From: Octopus sinensis
Lineage: Eukaryota
Direction: 5' to 3'
Assembly: GCF_006345805.1 (NCBI RefSeq)
Contig: NW_021824485.1
Location: 1-18,208, forward strand
Length of the DNA stretch: 18,208 bases
Of this stretch, positions 1 to 9,394 are shown piece after piece. The notes beneath the pieces were generated by a model that was given only the letters and a program-made list of their open reading frames with translations, made no database searches and was not told where the DNA came from. Positions within the stretch are counted from its first letter, which is position 1, and the number at the start of each line of letters is the position of its first letter. The translations under genes and the position numbers were made by a program.

Positions 1-81
1 AAGAAGAAGAAGAAGAAAGGAAAGAAGGAAGAAGAAGAGAAGAAGAAGAAGAAGAAAGAAGAAGAAGAAGAAGAAGAAGAG
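1..81. repeat. (GAA)n microsatellite
   Basis: Imperfect AAG/GAA triplet run from the window start. Confidence 0.95.
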
Positions 82-254
82 AAGACAAAGACGACGACAA
101 CGAGCGTGGAAGAATTTTTTATAATAAGATGTTGCGATGTACATAAACTTCGCAAAGAATTTGGCGGTTTGAATAAGCAAAAATTACTGTATATTGAAAT
201 GCTCTGTTAGATTCAGCATAATTATTATTTGAGCAATGAAAATAAAACTACGGA

Positions 255-650
<396 letters not shown>

Positions 651-1052
651 AGGTCTATGTCTTGCGTTTTATTTGATAAACATTCTTCACATTAATCTCA
701 TTTCTTCCAGTTTAATCCGGCTTTGTAAGACTCAGACCGGATTAGTCTGGTCTGGGTGAAATTACATACTCCCTCACCTCTTCCTTTCTCAAAATAACAA
801 TAAAACTATAAGAAAAAAAATGATCGGTAAATATAAACAAAATTTTTATACTTCGGTGCAAAGTTATCAGTAACTTTCCTTGGGGAATGGCGTTTCGGTG
901 TTATGGACGGTAGAGTTGCATTTGAGATTTTGTGACTTTCATTTTGTGACTGTATTGGAACGCGAGTCTTGGGTCGTGACCGAAAGAGCTCGATCACGGG
1001 TACGTGCGGTCAGAATGGATATTCTCCGAAGGGTTAGCAAAGAAACCTTACA

Positions 1053-1086
1053 CGGCGTGCTAACGACTCTACCAGCTCGCCGTCTT
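1053..1086 (-). mobile_element. 5' head fragment of tRNA-derived SINE (family C)
   Basis: CGGCGTGCTAACGACTCTACCAGCTCGCCGTCTT resembles the end of the copy at 4512-4619 (GAACTCTGCCACTTCGCCGCCTT). On the minus strand it carries an A-box-like TGGTAGAGTCG. Confidence 0.6.
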
Positions 1087-1117
1087 TCATGGTAAGAATA
1101 TTATAGAATATTATAGG

Positions 1118-1235
1118 CAACGCGAAATGAAGTGTTTTTCACAAGAACAAAAAGCATATCCCAGTCCGGAAATCGAAAACGCGATCTTCCTATCGCGACT
1201 GCAGCACGTTGACCACTAGGCTAACCGCCCTCACA
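1118..1235 (-). mobile_element. tRNA-derived SINE head fragment (family B)
   Basis: Minus strand has A box TAGCCTAGTGG and B box GTTTTCGATTTCC, followed by TGTTCTTGTGAAAAACACTTCATTTCGCGTTGC. This resembles the post-tRNA segment of the copy at 7956-8257. Confidence 0.75.
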
Positions 1236-1440
1236 TTGGTTATTTCTGACCACAAAATATTGACATGTTCTGTCCTGGAAGACGTCTCCGGATATATGAT
1301 GAGTAGTTTACTCATTTCGCATCTGAAATACATTTTCAGCTTTTTGGAGCGACAGAGCATGTAGGTACCCGTCTTGATCAAAATATGGCTGAATTTGGCT
1401 GGATTCTTGGACAGGGAATGCAACTCTCCTATCGGTCTCT

Positions 1441-1498
1441 TACCGTTATCACCTTTAGTGTATGCATTAAGATGCATACACTAAAGGTGATAACGGTA
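1441..1498. repeat. Perfect inverted repeat, 27-bp arms with 4-nt spacer (possible TA-flanked mini-MITE)
   Basis: TACCGTTATCACCTTTAGTGTATGCAT-TAAG-ATGCATACACTAAAGGTGATAACGGTA; the arms are exact reverse complements. Confidence 0.95.
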
Positions 1499-1627
1499 TC
1501 TGGGGGGGCAAAATCTGCAATGCTTGGCCCAAAATTGATAGGGCGTTGGATAACTACCAAACGAAAATTCTTTCCTTCGCAAACCTAGCCAGCGGGGAGG
1601 AGAGTAGATCAAAATATCTCAAAATTC

Positions 1628-1729
1628 CAAGAGTGCAACGTATATACATCTCTCTCTCTTTCTCCCTCTCTCTCTCTCCCTCTCTCTCTCCCTCTCTCTC
1701 TCCCTCTCTCTTTCTTTCTTTCTTTCTCT

Positions 1730-1777
<48 letters not shown>

Positions 1778-2074
1778 TTCTATCTGTCCTCTCTATCTCT
1801 ATTTCTCTCTCTCGCGCTTTATCTATCTACTTATCTCTCCTTCTCTATCTCTATCTTTCCCCTCTTTAACCCCTTTCTCTCTTTTACTCTTTCTTTCTCT
1901 CTCCGCTTGTCTCTAACTAACTCTATCTCTCTTCTTTCTTTTTTTCTGTTATTATTCTGTCTATCTTTCTCTTTCTCCCCCTCTCTCTCTCTCTGCCTCT
2001 CTCTTTTTGCCTACACACACAACACACACACATACATACATACATACATAACACACACACACACATACATACAT

Positions 2075-2133
<59 letters not shown>

Positions 2134-2360
2134 TACATACATACATACATACATACATACATACATAAATACACACATACATACATACATACATACATAC
2201 ATACTTACACACACACACACACATACATACATACATACATACATACATACACACACACATACATACATACATACATACATACACACACAACATACATACA
2301 TACATACACACACACACATACATACATACATACATACATACATACATACATACACACATA
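1628..2360. repeat. Compound microsatellite: CT-rich, (TA)n at 1733-1774, then (CATA)n/(CA)n at 2012-2360
   Basis: Seen directly. It is the source of the HTYI/MYVC-type ORFs. Confidence 0.95.
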
Positions 2361-2576
2361 CCCAGAGATTAATCTATTTCAATTACAACATACACAGGCC
2401 CCAATATTCAATTTATTACATTCTTAGTTATATTACAGAATTTAAATATATATTAAATTTTGTCAACGAATATTTGCATATCTCTTCTTCATACTTCTAG
2501 GCAGATCCAGAAGCAAAATACGCAAAGCGTTGTTGTGTATGTCTCAGGAGAATAACAAAGTACCCCCACTGACGCT

Positions 2577-2819
2577 TTAAACTTGTAGAATTTGAACCAC
2601 CCAATTCAGGCTCAAATATTTTGCCTGTCTTTTTTTTTTCCTATTTTATGTTCAAACTGGCCAGATACAGCCTCTTACACCAACCCAACGACGTCGTTCT
2701 AAAATGAACAAATGCATTATCAAGATCCCATAACTACAAGACAATGCATAATTTATTCAAAGCATTGTGAATAAATATGCATTTAATTTGACAGAGTAAT
2801 CTTAATACTAAAGTGTTAA
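2577..2819 (+). mobile_element. piggyBac-like non-autonomous MITE, unit A (intact)
   Basis: TTAA at both ends (2577-2580 and 2816-2819) with degenerate TIRs (ACTTGTAGAATT / AATACTAAAGTG). The internal sequence is shared with units B and C (TTTTATGTTCAAACTGGCCAGAT, ATTTGACAGAGTAATCT). Confidence 0.65.
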
Positions 2820-2946
2820 ACTGACTATATTCAGCCCATATAGTCTACCTTAGCTATTTTATATTCAAACCATTTGGGTCCAGCCTTTCACACTACTCTA
2901 CAATGTCATTCTAAAAATAACAGCAACTTTAAAATCTCAAAGCTAC

Positions 2947-3350
2947 AGTGGCTGTGTGGTAAGTAGCCTGTCTACCAACCAAATGGTTCCGGGTTCAGTC
3001 CCACTGCGTGGCACCTTGGGCAAGTGTCTTCTACTGTAGCCTCGGGCCGACCAAAGCCTTGTGAGTGGATTTGGTAGACGGAAACTGAAAGAAGCCCGTC
3101 GTATATATGTATATATATATATGTATGCGTGTGTGTGTTTGTGTGTCTGTGTTTGTCCCCATAGCATTGCTTGACAACCGATGCTGGTGTGTTTGTGTCC
3201 CCGTCACTTAGCGGTTCGGCAAAAGAGACCGATAGAATAAGTACTGGGCTTACAATAGAATAAGTTCCGGGGTCGAGTTGCTCGATTAAAGGCGGTGCTT
3301 CAATATGGCCGCAGTCAAATGACCGAAACAAGTAAAAGAGTAAAAGAGAG
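2947..3350 (+). mobile_element. tRNA-derived SINE family A, copy 1
   Basis: A-box-like TGGCTGTGTGG, B box GGTTCAGTCCC, CORE-like CCTTGGGCAAGTGTCTT, internal (TA)/(TG) microsatellite, 3' hairpin CAGTCAAATGACCG and GTAAAAGAG tail repeats. About 90% similar by eye to three other copies in the window. Confidence 0.95.
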
Positions 3351-3383
3351 TATATAATATGTGATAAGTTCAAAAACAAGCTA

Positions 3384-3795
3384 AACAAGAGCACCCAGAA
3401 AGCGCAAACCTCCGCCGACGCAACACCAATGTCCTCTCAAGGATTAGCCGGAGACGATTTTTAAAATAAAAATATCTTAAATAAATTCGATATTCTCACA
3501 AACGAGAATACGAAAAATGAACCCAACTGCTCTCAAAAATGAAGTAAAAAAAAAATAGGAAAAAGTAAGTTAATTTTTAAGAAAAAAAAAACAGAAAAAA
3601 TAATCCAGAATCTTTATCCGGTACCGGATCGATTCCAAAATCTAATCAGTTTGTGCCAGTCACGAGGCCAAACATCCCTGAAAGTTGCATCCAAATCCAT
3701 CCAGCGGTTCTTGAGAAATTTTGTCCACGGACAAATAAACAAACAATCAAGTACGACTTCAACAATACATCCGCCATCGCGGAGGCGGAGGTATA
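3384..3795 (-). mobile_element. Non-autonomous Helentron-type element (HINE/DINE-1-like)
   Basis: One end has the palindromic subterminal repeat ATACATCCGCC-N8-GGCGGAGGTAT (3765-3794). The other end has the matching sub-TIR ACCTCCGCC (3408-3416) next to a short stem-loop (GAGCACCCAGAAAGCGC). An (AAAC)n microsatellite lies at ~3731-3745, and insertion is at an AA/TT site with no TSD. This is the architecture described for HINEs. Confidence 0.7.
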
Positions 3796-3840
3796 AATAA
3801 GCAATACATTCGACAGCGCAACCTGGTAAAAGTGTAAAGG

Positions 3841-4443
3841 GTAAATGCGGCTATATCCAGCACAAATATTCTACCTGTTTTATGTTCATACAGGCCAGAT
3901 ACGGCCTCACACACCTACCCTGCAATGTCATTCTAAAAATAAACAATCTCATTATTGAAATCTCATAGCTACGATATACTCTTTTACTCTTTTACTTGTT
4001 TCAGTCATTTGACTGCGGCCATGCTGGAGCACCGCCTTTAATCGAGCAACTCGACCCGGGACTTATTCTATTGTAAGCCACCGTACGTATTCTATCGGTC
4101 TCTTTGCCGAACCGCTAAGTAACGGGGACATAAACACACCAGCATCGGTGTCAAGCAATGCTAGGGACAAACACAGACACACAAACACACACACGCATAT
4201 ATATATATATATACATATATATATACGACGAGCTTCTTTTAGTTTCCGTCTACCAAATCCACTCACACATGCTTTGGTCGGCCCGAGGCTATAGTAGAAG
4301 ACACTTGCCCAAGATGCCACGCAGTGGGACTGAACCCGGAACCATGTGGTTGGTAAGCAAGCTACTTACCACACAGCCACTTAGAACCATGTGAATGAAT
4401 AAGCAATACATTTGACAGAGTATTCTGAATGCTAAAGGGCATA
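3841..4443 (+). mobile_element. MITE unit C, interrupted by SINE copy 2
   Basis: 3841-3975 (AAATATTCTACCTGTTTTATGTTCA...AAATCTCATAGCTACGAT) and 4382-4439 (ATGTGAATGAATAAGC...GAATGCTAAAGGG) are collinear with unit A. The right TIR AATGCTAAAGGG is best preserved here. Confidence 0.75.
3978..4381 (-). mobile_element. tRNA-derived SINE family A, copy 2
   Basis: Reverse complement of copy 1 over its full length, with the same 5' start AGTGGCTGTGTGG. Confidence 0.95.
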
Positions 4444-4511
4444 GGCTTCCAAAGTTTCCAACAGTATACATCTGCCGCTTTAGTCGGATAAGTTATTAAA
4501 CTACTATACAA

Positions 4512-4619
4512 TGATGAAAGGCGGTGACGTGGACAAGATTTAAACTCAGAACTAAAAACGCCAGAACACTGCAATGTATTTCGCCCGATGTCGCAAGAAC
4601 TCTGCCACTTCGCCGCCTT
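4512..4619 (-). mobile_element. Diverged tRNA-derived SINE (family C), head region
   Basis: Minus strand reads AAGGCGGCGAAGTGGCAGAGTTC...TTCTGAGTTTAAATC...GCCTTTCATC, with A/B-box-like motifs. Confidence 0.65.
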
Positions 4620-5920
<1,301 letters not shown>

Positions 5921-6194
5921 ACCAAACAGCCGCAGCAATCTACGAGAAAAGCTAGAAGCATGACCGAGTTGTTGCACGCATCATAGACTTTCCATTGCGA
6001 CCTAATCATCCCAGAATTCCGCACTTTGTTCTGCTTTCACCAAAAAATGTTTACAGACCGCCAGCCGCTGATATTACAAATTTCTTCCTTCACACTAGAT
6101 TAAACACCAATCTGTGTAGATTTTATATGCAATATGTGTTTCCTCTATGGCTGTATATGTATGTGTATGTAGCTGTCTGTAAAGAATGTGTGCG

Positions 6195-6196
<2 letters not shown>

Positions 6197-6252
<56 letters not shown>

Positions 6253-6359
6253 TTATATGTGTATATATAATGTAGGTATATACATATATACATACACATA
6301 TATAAATTATATATATATGCATATATATACATGCTAATATATATATGCATATATATATA

Positions 6360-6438
<79 letters not shown>

Positions 6439-6544
6439 TTTATATGTGTATATATAATGTAGGTATACATATTACATACAACATATAAATATATATATAT
6501 GCATATATATACATGCATATATTATATATATGCATATATATATA

Positions 6545-6587
<43 letters not shown>

Positions 6588-6802
6588 TATATATATAATA
6601 TATATATTATAGTGTAGGAATATGTACGTATACCTATATATAGTTAATTATACATGTATATACATACTAAATTTATATTTATACATGCATATACTTTGTA
6701 TATGTACTATACATAAGCATTTATAGATGTATACATATCCAGCCATATGCGTATGAATATAAACACATGTCTGAATGTAAAGATAGATAGATAGATAGAT
6801 AT

Positions 6803-6868
<66 letters not shown>

Positions 6869-6876
6869 TAACTAGA

Positions 6877-6929
<53 letters not shown>

Positions 6930-6960
6930 GTGCGTGTATATATATATATATATATATATA
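6197..6960. repeat. AT-rich microsatellite complex: (TA)n, 187-bp tandem duplicate, (GATA)n at 6781-6868, (TA)n at 6877-6960
   Basis: TATATGTGTATATATAATGTAGGTATA occurs at 6254 and 6441. Confidence 0.9.
6609..6812 (+). repeat. Segment Z, donor of the inverted copy at 11325-11531
   Basis: ATAGTGTAGGAA...CAGCCATATGCGTATGAATATAAACACATGTCTGAATGTAAAGATAG is the reverse complement of 11325-11531, apart from a few differences. Confidence 0.9.
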
Positions 6961-7176
6961 CAAAGCGTGTTTAGTTGTATGCGTGTATATGTGCTTACAT
7001 TTGCAACTGGGAAACTGTGTGAAACTGGGAGATTAAATCTATGTCGATGTATAAAAGCGGCCGTTTCACTGTCTTGAAATACGTATGCGTCATTCTAGTT
7101 ATATTAGCATTTGTTCATATATCTACGTATATCCGCGATTAAGCTTATTTTAGCGTACATACGTGTGAGCAGTGTG

Positions 7177-7226
7177 CATGTATGTATGTATGTATGTATG
7201 TATGTATGTATGTATGTATGTATGTA
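7177..7226. repeat. (TATG)n microsatellite
   Basis: Seen directly. Confidence 0.95.
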
Positions 7227-7249
7227 CGTGCGTATGCATGCATATTATG

Positions 7250-7955
7250 TCAGGTCACTTTCGAGTGCTACTGGTAACATGTAACCCAGTACTACCTGTT
7301 GCATGGTCGGGTCGTCGGCGACTAAACCGGCAACCCCACCAAGCTCGCTTGGTGAGGAGGGTGTTTATTGGGCACCTTGCGGGACGAAAAACAAAACCCG
7401 TCAAAGGGCGGAGGAACTCTTGAGAGTCAACGGCCATCCAATAAATGTCTTAAGGCTGTATCATGCGCGGGGACATAGAAATAATCGGATTGAATACCCG
7501 ATCGCGCAGTTAAACCATTGGGAGTGAAGGACTCCTAGCCTTTGTCAGGGCATCTTTCTAGGAGAAGGCAACTCAGGTAACTGGGATAACTCCGACATAA
7601 AACCTGCGGCTCAGTGGTTACCGATGATGTTGACTTGTTCTTCTTTTCGGATTATAGCTGCTGTTGCTTAGTGAGTGGGATTGACTCAGTGCACAGCCTT
7701 TCCTCACTTTAACAAAAATCTCATTGCACAGGCATTGCACGATAACAACATTGATTAAGCTTCGGGCAATGGCCATACTCAATAACGAGGGGGCAGCCAC
7801 CATGTATGCATATACGTAAGTATGTATGTGAATGTGCATGTACGGGCTGTGACGTAGGTGTACTCAGGCTGGTGTCTGGAGGCGCAGTAAGGCCACTGGG
7901 AATGGATGACTCTGGTCTTCATCAAGGCAATCATCTAGGACAAGGCTACTGAAAC
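7250..7955 (+). mobile_element. Probable 5' UTR region of an RTE-clade non-LTR retrotransposon (no ORF retained)
   Basis: CpG-rich, non-microsatellite block. AGGGCATCTTTCTAGGAGAAGGCAACTC (~7547-7574) resembles the CTAGGAGAAGGAAAACTC motif I recall from RTE/BovB 5' UTRs. Assigned from memory; no RT/EN ORF is present. Confidence 0.45.
7445..7808 (+). repeat. Segment X, direct repeat with 12283-12644
   Basis: About 9 differences, including 2 single-base indels, over ~363 bp by manual alignment. Confidence 0.95.
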
Positions 7956-7993
7956 TGGCACTTCGTCGGTTGCGACGATCAACGGTTCTGCAT
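7805..7993 (+). repeat. Segment Y, direct repeat with 11138-11326
   Basis: 189 bp with 2 substitutions. It includes the 3' end of the adjacent SINE. Confidence 0.95.
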
Positions 7994-8257
7994 TCTCGAG
8001 AAATTAACGTGCAAGTGGCTGAGCACTCCGCAGTCACGCATACCCTTAACGTAGTTCTGAAGGAGATTCAGTATGACACAGAATGTCACGAGGATGACCC
8101 TTTGAATTACAGGTACAACTCGATTTCGCCAGCTCAATGAACTGGAGTAACGGGAAATAAGCTGTCTTCCTCAAGGATACAACGTGCCACTCGGAATCGA
8201 AATCACGACCTTCTTATCGTTAGCCGAATACCCTAACCACTGAGCCACGTGCGTCCC
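7956..8257 (-). mobile_element. tRNA-derived SINE family B, near full length
   Basis: Minus strand has A box TGGCTCAGTGG (8237-8247) and B box GATTTCGATTCC, then GTTGTATCCTTGAGGAAGACAGC, a central CCAGTTCATTGAGCTGGCGAAATCGAG segment, and a 3' part ending CAACCGACGAAGTGCCA. Confidence 0.85.
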
Positions 8258-8364
8258 AGGAGAAGGCTAACTCGTATATAAAACCCGCTGCTCCACTAGG
8301 CCGGATGTTTTGCACTTGGCTTTCTCTGGTTTCTTGTTATTGCTAATGAGAGTCACGGTGGAGT

Positions 8365-8773
8365 TCTTTCTTTCTTTCTTTCTTTCTTTTACTTGTTTCA
8401 GTCATTTGACTGCGGCCATGCTGGAGCACCGCCTTTAGTCAAGCAACTCGACCCCGGGACTTATTCTTTGTAAGCCCAGTACTTATTCTATCGGTCTCTT
8501 TTGCCGAACCGCTAAGTGACGGGGACATAAACACACCAGCATCGGTTGTCAAGCAATGCTAGAGGGACAAACACAGACACACAAACATATACACACACAT
8601 ATATACATATATACGACAGGCTTCTTTCAGTTTCCGTCTACCAAATCCACTCACAAGGCATTGGTCGGCCCGGGGCTATAGCAGAAGACACTTGCCCAAG
8701 ATGCCACGCAGTGGGACTGAACCCGGAACCATGTGGTTGGTAAGCAAGCTACTGACCACACAGCCACTCCTGC
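8365..8773 (-). mobile_element. tRNA-derived SINE family A, copy 3
   Basis: Full length, with head GCAGGAGTGGCTGTGTGG and an (AAAG)n tail. Confidence 0.95.
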
Positions 8774-9394
8774 TGCACTCAAAATAAAACACTTGCACAG
8801 GCATAGATGATACTGTACACTTCAACTCAACTCGTCGGTGGTGGTCATGTTAGTTTAACGAGTAGGCAACCATCACATGCGTATGTGAGTTCTGGGCTTC
8901 ACTTTAAACTGCATCCGATAGTGGAAGCTTGGTCCGGGAGTTCCTGGCGTTTGAGGAGTGTGGAACCATCTCTGAGATACTATTGTTCTAAGATTTACTC
9001 TGCCCCAGAGTCGTAGCACCTGTTAGGGTCCCAACTCTCGGTTAATTTGCAAGTAAGTAAAAAAACAAAACCCAGTTGTTGTCACATTATTCTTCTAAGA
9101 GAAGGTCGCACTGATGTGAAATCTATGCTTTCACGTAATTACAGGTCATCTCGCTTCGGTGTGTCACTAGTTACTAATCCCCAGAAGCTCACAGAGTAAC
9201 ACTCGCGTTAATACGTATTTCTATCGCTATAATCCGATGATTTAACAGACGTCTGCTTATAGCGAACTCGTTGGTCATTCCATCTACTGAAAGTTCTATT
9301 GCGATGGAAGAGTGGTGACGTGTGAATAGTCATCTCAACGGAAATAAGAAATGTCATTGACAACGAGAAAGCACAGAAGAACGGCAATCATCAT

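Larger units (their letters stand above)
2817..3843 (+). mobile_element. MITE unit B, interrupted by a SINE (2947-3350) and a HINE (3384-3795)
   Basis: Pieces 2817-2946 (CTACAATGTCATTCTAAAAATA...AAATCTCAAAGCTAC), ~3354-3383 (ATAATATGTGATAAGTTCAAAAACA) and 3796-3843 (AATAAGCAATACATTCGACAG...TAAAGGGTAAA) are collinear with unit A. Confidence 0.7.

Noticed and set aside
711-724. Possible 14-nt micro-exon (TTTCTTCCAG|...|GTAAGA)
   Set aside because: Splice-like signals only; the length is not a multiple of three and no partner exons are identifiable.
880-1095. 71-aa ORF ending at a strong donor (ATG|GTAAGA, 1091/1092), a possible first exon MDILRRVSKETL...
   Set aside because: Its last third is a SINE head fragment (1053-1086) and the peptide is not recognisable. 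Not supportable without transcripts.
2947-3020. tRNA-like A/B boxes here and at 1160-1235, 8180-8257 and 15120-15197
   Set aside because: No complete cloverleaf and each continues into a SINE body, so these are SINE heads, not tRNA genes.
2943-4394. Similar short ORFs (RRHLPKVPRSGTEPG...) recurring here and at 8546-8743 and 14101-14391
   Set aside because: Translations of the SINE family A sequence, not a gene family.
7796-7820. Perfect Kozak GCCACCATG at the end of segment X (also ~12632-12640)
   Set aside because: It opens only MYAYT-stop here and runs into microsatellite in the copy.
9009-9052. AG...GTAAGT-bounded 44-nt segment
   Set aside because: Stops in all three frames; no evidence for a non-coding exon.
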